Source: Eledone cirrhosa
Taxonomy: Eukaryota
Length of the DNA stretch: 64,000 bases
Reading direction: 5' to 3'
NCBI GenBank assembly: GCA_964016885.1
Contig: OZ024743.1
Span: forward strand, 357,120,001 to 357,184,000
Made by a program: the position numbers and the translations under genes. Below, in pieces: positions 1-13,111 of this stretch. The first letter of the stretch is position 1, and each line of letters opens with the position of its first letter. The notes beneath the pieces were generated by a model that was not told where the DNA came from, did no database searches, and saw only the letters and a program-made list of their open reading frames with translations.

Positions 1-1130
1 AGGTGATGGTGGTGGAGATGGAGGTGGAGATGGAGGTGGTGGAGATGGAGGTGATGGTGGTGGAGATGGTGGTGATGGTGGTGATGGTGGTGATGGTGGT
101 GGAGATGGAGGTGGTGGTGATGGTGGTGGAGATGGAGGTGGTGGAGGTGATGGTGGTGGAGATGGAGGTGGTGGTGATGGTGGTGGAGGTGATGGTGGTG
201 GAGATGGAGGTGGTGGTGATGGTGGTGGAGATGGAGGTGATAGTGGTGGAGATGGAGGTGATAGTGGTGGAGATGGAGATGGAGGTGATGGTGGTGGAGA
301 TGGAGATGATGTTGGTGGAGATGGTGGTGATGGAGGTGATGGTGGTGATGGTGGTGATGGTGGTGGAGATGGAGGTGGTGGTGATGGAGATGGAGGTGGT
401 GGTGATGGTGGTGGAGATGGTGGTGATGGAGGTGATGGTGGTGGAGATGGAGGTGGTGGTGATGGTGGTGGAGATGGAGGTGGTGGTGATGGTGGTGGAG
501 ATGGAGGTGATGGTGGTGGAGATGGAGGTGATGGTGGTGGAGATGGAGGTGATGGAGATGGAGGTGGAGTTGGAGGTGATGGTAGTGGAAGTAGGGTGAT
601 GGTGGTGCTGGTAGTGGAAGTAAGGTGATGATGGAAGTAGGGTGATGGTGATGGTGGGGTGGTAGTGGTGGAAGTAAGGTGATAGTGGGGTAGTAGTAGA
701 AGTAGGGTGATGGTGATGGAGATGGAGGTGATGGTGGGGCGATGGAGATGGGGTGATAGTGGTGATGGAGGTAGGGTGACAGTGGGGTGATGGTGGGGGT
801 GATAGAGGTGGTGGTGGTGGAAGTAAGGTGATAGCGGGGAGGTAGTGGAAGTAGGGTGATAGTGGGTGATAGTGGTGATGGAGGTGGGGTGATAGTGGTG
901 ATGGTGGTAGGGTGACAGTGGGGTGATGGTGAGGGTGACAGTGGGGTGATGGTGGGGGTGATAGAGGTGGTGGTGGGGTGATAGTGGTGGAAGTAGGGTG
1001 ATGGAGGTGGGGTGATAGAGGTAGGTGATGGGGGGGGGGGTGATAGAGGTAGGATGATGGTGGACGTGGTAGGGTGATGGACGTGGTGGAAGGGTCATAG
1101 GATGATGTGAGTTGAAGGAACTGATACACA
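1..1130. repeat. Degenerate (GGT/GAT/GGA)n trinucleotide low-complexity tract
   Basis: Mosaic of ggtgat/ggtgga/gatgga units; explains the M/V/E ORF 3..599. Confidence 0.95.
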
Positions 1131-1870
1131 CGGAGGGGGGGGGGGGGTATATATATATTGTTGTGGAGGCAACGGTGGAGGTAATGGTGATGATGTCGTA
1201 ATAGAGAGAACAGGGTGTGGTGTGGTAGGGGGGTAAGATGTTGGTGAAGTTTTAGAGGTTTATATTAGTAATGGCTAAGGTGATATTGAGGGTGGCAACT
1301 GTGGTGGTAGCGGCGGTGGTGGTGGGTGGCTACTAACTGAAGGAACTGATACGCACGCCAGTCTGTGGTGTATGTGTTGCTGTTGTTGTTGTTGCTGTTG
1401 CCATCATGGTGATGGTGTTTGTGGTGATGGTGTTTGTGGTGATGGTGTTTGTGGTGATGGTGTTTGTGGTGATGATGATGGAGTAATGGTGGTTGTGTCG
1501 TTTTGAGTTGTAGTGACGGTGACTATGGCGATAGTAATAGATGTGGAGGTAGTGGTGTCTAGGGTGGGGTGTCAACGGTGATTATGGTGGTGGTGGTGGT
1601 GGTGGTGAAGAGATTTGATAGCGATAGGAAGTTGTAAAGAGTGTCGAATTGCCCCCCCGCTGCCGTCGCCGCCGCCGCCGCTAGCATCCCCACCACCGCG
1701 ACAGAAAATTTGAGGCCAGAGGGAAGTTTATACCATTAGACGTGTAGAGATGTGGGGGGGGGGGGAGGTCTGCAGATTAAAGTGTTGTGGAGGGAAGCTG
1801 ACGGCTGCATGTATTCTCCTTGTGCCAACCTTGTTATCACCAACAGATACACGCACACACACAGACACAG

Positions 1871-1920
<50 letters not shown>

Positions 1921-1921
<1 letters not shown>

Positions 1922-1975
1922 CAACGGCGGTGCCCCAGCATGGCCCCAACCAATCGGCTGGAACAAGTAGTGGAA
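1921..1975 (+). mobile_element. SINE 3'-tail fragment
   Basis: ggcggtgccccagcatggcc...gctggaacaagta; related reverse copy at about 27381-27426. Confidence 0.5.
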
Positions 1976-1982
1976 CACACAT

Positions 1983-2013
<31 letters not shown>

Positions 2014-2117
2014 GCGGCGATGAATTAGTTTAGCGAGGTTTTTTATATGAAATCGTGTGTCGAAACAAATATTGTTATACTTGGGGAGGGTCATATTTTT
2101 GTAATATTGCCAGAATT

Positions 2118-2190
<73 letters not shown>

Positions 2191-2402
2191 AACTTTATTT
2201 TATCATGAGTTAAGGCTCTATTGATTTCTCCCTGGATTTCACTAAATTCTGTTGGATGAATCTATGTCCGGATTCTTTTTGAAATGGATTTGAATTATTT
2301 TTCCCACATCTTACGTTAAGTATTTTCCCATTTTGACGCTATAGTCACTTATATATTATGACATACTGTTGGCTTCTTGCTACAATAATTTCTATACTTT
2401 TC

Positions 2403-2468
<66 letters not shown>

Positions 2469-2577
2469 TGCTCGCAGGTAGACATGGTCTGGGTCAATAC
2501 TGGGCGAAACCCATGAAAGTTATATATATATAAATATATATAATATAAGATCAAAAGATGGTTAAAGGAGTTCCATG

Positions 2578-2648
2578 TATTTTATTATGCGCATTTCAAA
2601 AACAAACATCATCATGCAATAATATTTGTTATTTCATCAGATAAAACA
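2578..2648 (-). ncRNA. Minimal type-I hammerhead ribozyme (family B, antisense arm)
   Basis: Reverse-complement copy of 2762-2832 (tcatcag at 2634-2640). Confidence 0.8.
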
Positions 2649-2761
2649 GGAGAACATGATATGAAGGCTAAAAAACACTTGTGGATAGTGCAGTTTTAAA
2701 TCAACATTTAAATCAACTGCACTATCCACAAGTGTTTTTTAGCCTTCATATCATGTTCTCC

Positions 2762-2832
2762 TGTTTTATCTGATGAAAACACAAATATTATTGCATGATG
2801 ATGTTTGTTTTTGAAATGCGCATAATAAAATA
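2762..2832 (+). ncRNA. Minimal type-I hammerhead ribozyme (family B)
   Basis: UGUUUUAU-CUGAUGA(2770)-long stem II-GAAA-UGCGCA-UA|AUAAAAUA; predicted cut after 2824. Confidence 0.85.
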
Positions 2833-2954
2833 CATGGAACTCCTTTAACCATCTTTTGATCTTATATTATGTATACTCCTGTCCTACAAACTGTAGAGTG
2901 CTTCTTTTCCGATATCTGCATTGCTTTATTGTACTACAATAAAACTCACCTCCT

Positions 2955-3013
<59 letters not shown>

Positions 3014-4088
3014 AAAGTTAAACAAGGTTCAATGAATAAATCAAAGAATGAGTTTTACAATAGATTGGAAGCACTCAAAAGATATTTAACTTGTAAGATT
3101 ACCGGTTATAATTGAACCGTAGATCATTCATGCATTTATATATTTTACTCATTTTGGGTATGTTTTTGGGACTCAGAAAGTTAGATTTGCACTTATATGT
3201 TTTTATATATATCTAGGTATAAATATAACAAACCATACTAGTCGACAAATATTGGTCTCTCTTTCCACTGACCTGGAGGTAAAACTACAATTATAGCATT
3301 ACTAATAAGGATTGTAATTATTTATTTATTAAATGTATATCGTTTCACTAATACCTATAATACTCTCTCTATATAGTTGTACAAATATGTTTATCTAGTG
3401 TAATAACATACTCGTAGTTACATTTATAAATAATTTAGATACTCAAATGACTCTCTATTGTTATAAGTGTTAGATATTCCCTGGATGTTCGAAATTATAT
3501 AATGATTATTACTTAATTTAATATAATTTAATTTATTTTAATTAAATTTAGATTACGTCGGCTTTTTCAAGTCTTTAGCTCCTCTTTCTATCACGTTCGC
3601 TGAACATTTTAGAAGTATCTTTTGTCTACTATATATTAAAACCCTATTACATTTTAAACTATATTTTTAATATTGGGCATTTTTATGTTTCGCAAACAAT
3701 TCATTATTTTTCACTTTTTATTTTTATCTAGCCCTTATCCTTAGGACTCATGTAGTTTTGACTTATATATTTATAGTATATATCAACTAAATGATCCTTT
3801 TACAGAAATTGATATAAAACATTAATTTTTAACAATATTTTCAGTAACCTATTTACTATATTGTATTATTGTATTATGTTATGTATATTTGAAAGGTATC
3901 ACCTTCAGTCTTTAGACAATATAATCTTTGTATATTTTTTGATTAACACATATATGTAATTTAAAATTCAGACCTCTTTAAGTTTAATTATAAGGCCTGT
4001 TGATCCTTTAGGCACTCAAATTGTTAATCATAAATTCTTTAATAATTATAACTGTAATTATTATATAAATTATATTATATAAACTGTT

Positions 4089-4270
4089 GTGGATTGGCAG
4101 TATCGGTAGAGGGTTGGACGCCATGCTTTCCAGCATAGTTACGTCCCTTTACGATCTGAGTTCAAATCCCGCCGAGGTTGACTTTGCCTTTCATCCTTAC
4201 GGGGTCGATAAAATAAAGTACCAGTAATGCACTGGGTAATTGCTGGCCTTGTGCCTAAAGTAGAAACAAT
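4089..4270 (+). mobile_element. tRNA-derived SINE (S1, Nin/Deu-type core)
   Basis: A box TGGCAGTATCGG, B box GAGTTCAAATCC, core gactttgcctttcatccttacggggtcgataaaataaagtacc; more than 10 copies in window. Confidence 0.9.
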
Positions 4271-4862
4271 ATTATAAATAATTTTGGTATGGTAAAGTTT
4301 ACCTTCGTGAGGTTGTAAAAACATTATGTTTTCTTTCTCGTGTTTGTAAATCCTTTAAATTTGATTTCATCAAATTTGATTTTAGAAATTAAACTTGATA
4401 GTATACTTTAATATTAATACAGATACCTATTAACTTTTAAAACCTAAAATATTATTCATTACTCTGAACTAACTTAAATTAAATATTTTGAATATTAACG
4501 GTCAACCAAATAAGTTTAGATATATATTGTATATATGGATAATTGTCTAAAAACTTGAACATAAATTATTCCCCTTTGTCTCTCTCTCTCTGTAATCCAC
4601 TCTCTTTTGTCTTTCGAGGCACCTACTAACTATATTATCCCATCAGCTGTTTCTTCCTCTATGCTTTCCTTTCTTTCCTCTTTCTTCAGTAATTTAAATT
4701 TTTTAACAGTTATATTGACGCACCCTCTCTATTGTATGTATTATATATTTTTCTCATGTTCTCAATATTAAGGTATATAAATATAGAGTTTTGGCATATA
4801 TTACTCACTACCATGACTGAATCTTAACCATCTACTATGTCAGGGTATGTCATGCATCATCT

Positions 4863-4929
4863 TATTTTATCTGATGAGGACGTACTGTTGAACTTAACTC
4901 AGAACCTCTGAAATATGTATAATAAAATA
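4863..4929 (+). ncRNA. Minimal hammerhead ribozyme (family C)
   Basis: UAUUUUAU-CUGAUGA(4871)-stem II-GAAA-UAUGUA-UA|AUAAAAUA. Confidence 0.7.
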
Positions 4930-4969
4930 TACTTGATCACAAGAATATCTATTTTGTCAATAATTTGAA

Positions 4970-5018
<49 letters not shown>

Positions 5019-5021
<3 letters not shown>

Positions 5022-5215
5022 TGTGTCGGGACCCCGACAGCTGAGCTGTTCCCGTTTCAACAGCTAGTTCGAGTCTGAAACTAGCTGTTGAAACGGCAAG
5101 AGCTCAGCCGTCGGTGTCTGACTCATTATAATATAACCATACTCTACTACCCCAAGTATCGTGTACTTTGATGAGTAATGACCTAACCAGTTTCTAACTG
5201 AACCCATCCTGATGT
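5019..5215 (+). mobile_element. Family D copy 1: fold-back with 3' half of a hammerhead
   Basis: Hairpin about 5020-5127; GAAACGGC-aagagctca-GCCGUC helix III; tail actctactaccccaagtatcgtgtact shared with 28564 and 58901 copies. Confidence 0.75.
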
Positions 5216-5538
5216 TTATGTGGGTATGTATATATATATAGAAAGAGAGAGAGAGAGAAAGAGAATGTAAACATAGGTATATTCTTTTATTGGTTAGTCA
5301 TTAGACTGGGGAATCGCCATAAAGAAATTTAGTTACTCATATCAACTCTAGTACATGTTTTTAAAGTCTGGTAATCAGTTTTTGTCGATTTCGATTTGTC
5401 GGACGGCTAATTTATGGGATAAACACACACGCATATATATACGATAGGCTTCCGCACAGTTTCCGTATATCACGATGCATTAGTAAATACATGCCGTTCA
5501 TTAGTAAATACATGCCGTTCACCAGCTGTATATTATAT

Positions 5539-6227
<689 letters not shown>

Positions 6228-6518
6228 ATACATGCACACGCCTAATGTAAACAGCTCTCAGAACCCTGTTACACGAGCATACAGTGGTTTTACAATATTA
6301 TATTTCTCGTCAGTCAGTTGTCAATGCGATAGAAGTGTCAGCTTCGTTGGAGTGGTGTTGTTGATGGTGATGGTGATGGTGATGGTGTGTGGTTTGTAGT
6401 GCATGCTGAGTAAGTGGTCGGGGGGTTGTATTAAGCAGTAGTGAGTTATCAGACTGATGAAGGTGCTATTTAGTGTAGCTTGATGTAGTTTAGCCGTACT
6501 ATATATATATATATATAT

Positions 6519-6592
6519 TAAAATTCAAATATTAATAAAATAGATGTTCTTGTGATCAATTAAATTTTATTATACATATTTCAGAGGTACTT
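6519..6592 (-). mobile_element. Family C fragment (3' half of hammerhead region)
   Basis: Reverse complement cctctgaaatatgtataataaaat...gatcacaagaacatctatt matches 4905-4970. Confidence 0.7.
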
Positions 6593-6603
6593 GAATCAGG
6601 TTC

Positions 6604-6687
<84 letters not shown>

Positions 6688-6691
<4 letters not shown>

Positions 6692-6866
6692 TGAAATTTC
6701 CGTTGGAAACAGAAAAGGTCATAGAAGTGAAGAGTGCTCTATGTAAGTATCAGAGCAAAATTTAATGTATAAAAATCAATACAATATAATTACCTCATTA
6801 CCAGAGGTTTCCCGAATGAGGCGAATACAAAAGAAACGTCTTCATTCGTTCGTCAGACGAGGCAAT
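6688..6866 (-). mobile_element. Family F: (TA)n-flanked hammerhead element
   Basis: 180-bp island between TA tracts with hammerhead and tail motif GAGCACT (6733-6739, minus). Confidence 0.7.
6789..6866 (-). ncRNA. Type-I hammerhead ribozyme (family F)
   Basis: AUUGCCUCGU-CUGACGA-a-CGAAUGA..UCAUUCG-g-GAAA-CC-ucu-GG-UA|AUGAGGUAAU. Confidence 0.8.
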
Positions 6867-7360
6867 ATATATATATATATATATATAAGGACACTCATGG
6901 TGGTAGTAGTAGCGGTGCTGATGGTGATGGCGGTGGTGAGGGTTTGTAATTGAGATAGACGTTTCCTGTAAAGTGGAACTCAAAGAGCCTCCGTCTGTGT
7001 GTGTATGTGTGTATCTGCACGTGCGCACATGCACGACGGGCTTCTGCAGTTTCCGTCAGCTTAGAAGGCATTGGTCAACCCAAGGCTATACTATAAGACT
7101 CGTGCCCAAAGTACTGCGCAGCGAGATTGAACCAGAACCACGTGGCTGGATAGCGAATTCATTAACCATATTTCCACACACACACATACGCACGCACACA
7201 CACACACACACAGACACACACACACACACACACATATATTAGATATTAATTTAACAATGAAAATAATAACAACAATGTCAAATTATTTTACCTATTCATG
7301 TTTTACAACACTACCACGAAGGGTAGGCCACATTGAAAAAATATATATATATATATATAT

Positions 7361-7512
7361 AGAAATTATCAGGAAAGCTTTCCTGGTGATTTCTTACAAA
7401 TGAAACAGTTCTAGTCCTGTAGAATCCACTTCTATATTAAATTTTGTATATACTCGACTAATGTATTGAGTACTTCACTTACTGTCGTTATCTCCGATTG
7501 AACCCGGAACTC
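7361..7512 (+). mobile_element. Family E copy with mutated hammerhead core (CUGGUGA) and short 5' fold-back
   Basis: Homologous to 20456-20650; GAGTACT at 7468-7474. Confidence 0.75.
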
Positions 7513-7513
7513 A

Positions 7514-7565
<52 letters not shown>

Positions 7566-7597
7566 GAGAGAGAGAAAGAGAAAGAGAAAGAAGGGGA

Positions 7598-7805
7598 GTT
7601 TTATTGTCTTCTTACGACATGAGCAGACGTTTTGGCACTCGCCTCATCAGTGTAAACTCTTCCCAAGAGGCGGGAGTCGTAAACATCTGGTCATGTTGTA
7701 AGAAGTCAATAAAACGGGATATACATCCTCTGTTTGTAAACATTGAGTGCTTATTCCCCCCCCCCCTTTTTTAATTATGGATTACTACGATCACCCTTAG
7801 TAGAT
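7598..7805 (+). mobile_element. Family G: old diverged fold-back with degenerate hammerhead
   Basis: Imperfect arms about 7598-7645 and 7667-7715; minus arm reads CUGAUGA-GGC-gagu-GCC-aaaa; GAGTGCT at 7745-7751. Confidence 0.6.
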
Positions 7806-8255
7806 ATAATCGCTCAAAGTACATATTTTTTCGATCTCCATTTGTCGAACCGCCTGGCTACGGGACATAAGAAGTAGACATAAACAAACACAGGGAATTT
7901 ATTTATTAAAACTAATGCCTTTACTCCTCCAATATAACAAATTTCTGGTTACTCATACGTTCCTTATGTCGCCATAAGGAACATATGTAGCAACGAATAA
8001 ATTAATACATCTATATAGATACATATATTTGTGAGTGTTTTTTTTTTTTATTCATGTGTATGATATTTCCCAAATATTATATTACCCTTTAATTAAAAAT
8101 GAATTATGTAATAATGGACTTGTTACATCTACCTACCTTAAGTAATTCAAAATAAAGAGTATATAATCATATATTACCCTTTAGAATTTTGTATTACATA
8201 ATCGGGTTATACCTGTTTCTGTGTGTGTGAGCACACGCACACAGACTCACACACC

Positions 8256-8584
<329 letters not shown>

Positions 8585-8743
8585 ATGTGCATACACACAC
8601 ACACACACATTTATATACACACACAAACACATATATATAATATAAATATAAATATAAATATATATATATATGAATATATAGTTACATAAGCTGTTATCGT
8701 ATTTCAGTACCCTATATTTCATGATAAATATCTTTATATGTGT

Positions 8744-8784
<41 letters not shown>

Positions 8785-8919
8785 AATATATATATATGCA
8801 CATATATATATATATATTATATACACATCTATATTGACCCTCTCTATATATGATGTATGGTTTCGTCTCTCCTTTATCCTCACACCAATTACACCATCTT
8901 CTTCGTTTCTACACACTTC

Positions 8920-9008
<89 letters not shown>

Positions 9009-9366
9009 CCTTCCACTCCATTTTCTGCCCTCGTTCCTCCGTTCTCTTCTACCGTTTTCCCTGTCTCTAGTCCCCTTTTTATTGCTCTTTACCTTCTCCT
9101 TCTCCACCTACTGACACAACATGTTCTTGTACACCCCTCCGCCCCGCCTAACACAACTAACCACCAGCCTTCTCGTCCATCTCTTCACTCCACCACCAAC
9201 ACCACTACTACCAACAGCAACCAATAGCATCAGCATCACTTTTAACTAATAACATTTGTCAGTGCTGTGTGTAAATGTCTGTATATACATACATATGTTT
9301 ATATATACGGATAATATATGTGTGTGTACATGGGTATATATGTATGTTGGTCTGTAGTATATATAC

Positions 9367-9464
<98 letters not shown>

Positions 9465-9604
9465 ACACATACACACACACATATACATACATATATATAT
9501 ATGTATATATGTATATATGTATATATATGTATGTGGTGTGTGTGTGTATATATATATAAATATATATATATATGTATATATATATATTTATATATATGTA
9601 TATT

Positions 9605-9653
<49 letters not shown>

Positions 9654-9801
9654 TTATATATATATTTATATATATGTATATTTATATATATATGTATATT
9701 TATATATATATTTATATGGATATATATATATATAAATATATAAATATATATATATATGTGTATATATATATATATATGTGTGTATATATATATGTGTGTG
9801 T

Positions 9802-9845
<44 letters not shown>

Positions 9846-10186
9846 ATGTATATATGTGTGTGTCAGTATGTCTGCATAAAGAGAGTCTGAATTGATGTGA
9901 AGGAAGAGAGAGAGTGTGTGTCTTAGAGTAATAGGAATTGAAGGGTGGCCATTTCTACCCACATACTTCACCACCCACCCGCACTCCTAAACACACCCGC
10001 ACCCACACACTTGTATGTTAAATTCAATTTCCCCTCCGCCCTTTTCCCCCCCTCTTTCCACATACCCTACCTATATATACAAGCTATCCGTCATTTCTAC
10101 CCCCATACGTTCCGTCTCTCTCTTTCGCTCCCCCCCCCACACTAGTCCGCTCTCTCTACCCTTCTTTCCCTCACTCACTCTCTCAC

Positions 10187-10217
<31 letters not shown>

Positions 10218-10284
10218 TCTTTTTACACAGCTTATCTTTATCTCTTTCCTTCACACTTTCTATCTCTCCTTTCTCCTCTTTACA

Positions 10285-10421
<137 letters not shown>

Positions 10422-10433
10422 TATATATATAAA

Positions 10434-10573
<140 letters not shown>

Positions 10574-10585
10574 TATATATATAAA

Positions 10586-10625
<40 letters not shown>

Positions 10626-10779
10626 TTACTCTGCTTATTCCTACAAACACATTCTCCCTCATTCATCTCTCCTTCTCTCTCTCACTCTCTTTCTCACCCT
10701 CTCTCTCTCTCCCTCTCACAGACAGGCTCTCTCTCTCCCTCCCTCTCTCTCTCTTCATTTCTGTTTTTCACCCTCGCAT

Positions 10780-10811
10780 CAGTCACCACCACCACCACCA
10801 CCACCACCACC

Positions 10812-10845
<34 letters not shown>

Positions 10846-11890
10846 GCTTCAACACCATTTCCATCTCCTTCACATCAACATTGGTGTCGCTGCCGTCGCC
10901 GCCATACCATCACCATTACAACACTAATACCAACACTGCCACCACCAATACCAGCACCATCTCTATCTTCTTCACATCAACCTTGGTGCAGCCGCCACCA
11001 CCACACCACCACACCACCACACCACCACACCACCACACCACCACACCACCAATACCACCACACCACCAATACCACCACACCACCACACCACCACACCACC
11101 AATACCACCACACCACCAATACCACCACACCACCAATACCACCACACCACCACACCACCACACCACCAATACCACCACACCACCAATACCACCACACCAC
11201 CAATACCACCACACCACCACACCACCACACCACCACACCACCACACCACCACACCACCACACACCACCACACCACCAATACCATCACCTCCACATCAACC
11301 TTGGTACAGCCGCCACCACCACACCACCACACCATCAATACCATCACCACCACCAAACGAACACAGCACGCCACCACCACCACCACCACCACCACCATCC
11401 CCATCTCCATCACCTTCAGGTCAACTTAGGTGCCGCTGCTACGACCGCCATCACCATACTACATCACCACGCCATACCACCACCACCACCACCACCAGCA
11501 GCAGCCCCATCTCCATCGCCTTCACGTTAACTTTAGTGCCACTGACGCCATTACCATAACCACAGTCACCACTACCACTACCACTACCACTACCACTACC
11601 AACAACATAACTACACCATCACCACCAACACCATCGCCATCATCACCACACCACCACCATCACCATCGTCACACCTACAACATCACCACTACCATCATCA
11701 CCGCCGCCGCCGCCACTCCATCCCCGTCACCACCACCACCACCACAATCAGCATCACCGCAGCAACAGCATCACCAGCATCAACACCGCCATCACCACCA
11801 CCACCACTACTAGTACTACTACTACTATCACCATCACCAAACCACGACCAACAACAACAACAACAACAACAACACCACTCCCACCATACC

Positions 11891-11924
<34 letters not shown>

Positions 11925-12110
11925 TCAGCGCCATCACCACCACTACTACTACTACTATCACCATCACCAAACCACGACCAACAACAACAACAACAAACAA
12001 CAACAACATCATCACCAACAACACCACTCCCACCATACCACCATACCACCACCATACCACCATACCACCACCATCATCATCATCATCATCATCAGCGCTA
12101 TCACCGCCGC
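10780..12110. repeat. (CAC/CAT/CAA/CTA)n low-complexity tract
   Basis: Compound trinucleotide and caccacac repeats. Confidence 0.9.
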
Positions 12111-12124
12111 TTCTGCCACTACCG

Positions 12125-12460
12125 CGAGTTTTCTGTCTGATAAGAATGATAAACGACAGTGATGGATCTGGGCAGTGATGTCTCTATGGCAACCGTCAAG
12201 ACACATCACCCTCCGTTGGGGGAAAGCTATCATTTCTCTGGTTCCAGTGTGTCTAGCAGATGACAATGAGTTATGATGTTTTACTAAAACTGCCAACTTG
12301 CCTTTGACAGGCAAATTATCATAAATCTTTTGTTGCCTGACCTGGCAGCAGGTCATAAATATTTTGATTGGTCATAATTTCTTGCTTATTTTCAAGAAAT
12401 TGTTTCTTAGATAAGGGGAGCCAGAAACACAACAACACAGCCAGCTGGCTTCTTCTACTT
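12125..12460. promoter_or_regulatory. Candidate cis-regulatory island
   Basis: Unique high-complexity island among microsatellites with RFX-like GTCTCTATGGCAAC, TGACAG, TGACCT-N6-AGGTCA, GTCATAAA, TGATTGG. Confidence 0.3.
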
Positions 12461-12527
12461 CGTTGTAGGTGGTGGTGGTGGTGGTGGTGGTGACGGCAGA
12501 GACACCACCACCACCAACACCAACACC

Positions 12528-12558
<31 letters not shown>

Positions 12559-12760
12559 CTTCTTCTTCTTCTTCTTCTTCTTCTTCATGTTATAATATCA
12601 TAGGTTGATGTTGTAGGTTGTTGTTGGTTGGTGTTAATGGTGGTAGTGATAGTGATGCTGTTGTTAAGTGTTGGAAGATGTTTTTCGTGTATTTCGAACG
12701 ATTCCTTTTTATTTATTTATTTATTAATCATCATCATCATCATCATTATTATTATTATTA

Positions 12761-12800
12761 TGTTTCTTGATGTCAGCCCTTGTGGCCAATAAAGAAATCA
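12761..12800 (+). mobile_element. 5'-truncated 3' stub of a sister Tx1-type LINE
   Basis: cccttgtggccaataaagaaatc(att)n matches LINE end cccttgtggttaataaagaaatc(att)n at 18906-18928. Confidence 0.75.
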
Positions 12801-12814
12801 TTATTATTATTATT

Positions 12815-12873
12815 ATAAAAGTACCAGTAATGCACTGGGTAATCGCTGGCCTTGTGCCTAAAGTAGAAACAAT
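12815..12873 (+). mobile_element. S1 SINE 3' stub
   Basis: aaagtaccagtaatgcactgggtaatcgctggccttgtgcctaaagtagaaacaatt. Confidence 0.85.
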
Positions 12874-13111
12874 TATTATTATTATTATTATTATTATTGA
12901 ATGCCATGGTTGACGGAGGCTCGGCTCTGTAAGGTATAGTAATTTTTAACCGTTAAAACAATTGTAAATTGCTTAAAACTTGAACCAAATTGTTGATAAA
13001 GACACCCTCCTCCTCGTGAGAGGGGTCTTTCTGTCCGTTATTTGGCCCTTCGGGGTTAAATAACCAGTTATTGGGGTTTTGTACCCAAAATTTCATTTTA
13101 AACAAAAAAAC

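Larger units (their letters stand above)
2540..2958 (+). mobile_element. Family B copy 1: Penelope-like fold-back element in (TA)n
   Basis: 156-bp inverted arms 2540-2695 and 2715-2870, unpaired tail 2871-2958 with GAGTGCT (2896-2902); homolog at 35902-36293. Confidence 0.85.
3011..4972. mobile_element. Family C copy 1: about 2-kb decayed Penelope-like element (3' tail on minus at left, hammerhead arm on plus at right)
   Basis: Both ends homologous to 28078-28514; bounded by (TA)n; AGCACTC at 3070-3076; interrupted by a SINE. Confidence 0.65.

Noticed and set aside
3-599. 198-aa M/V/E ORF and all [16 protein letters not shown] ORFs (e.g. 19354-20386, 36272-37232, 56728-57414)
   Set aside because: Translations of microsatellites that lack stop codons; no coding complexity
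2770-2830. Box C/D snoRNA reading of TGATGA/CTGA motifs
   Set aside because: The motif is the contiguous CTGATGA hammerhead core with full ribozyme geometry, not separated C and D boxes
2540-2870. Fold-backs as sequencing or assembly chimeras
   Set aside because: Several have arm mismatches, and independent copies share family-specific ends and tails; raw-read checks are still advisable for the perfect ones
4089-4175. tRNA gene (A and B boxes)
   Set aside because: No cloverleaf; head of a multi-copy SINE
6454-6480. Isolated CTGANGA hits (also 4683-, 6068, 6307-, 45817, 46248, 48337, 50602-, 53998-)
   Set aside because: No correctly placed GAAA/UH or no stem I/II pairing, so not counted as hammerheads
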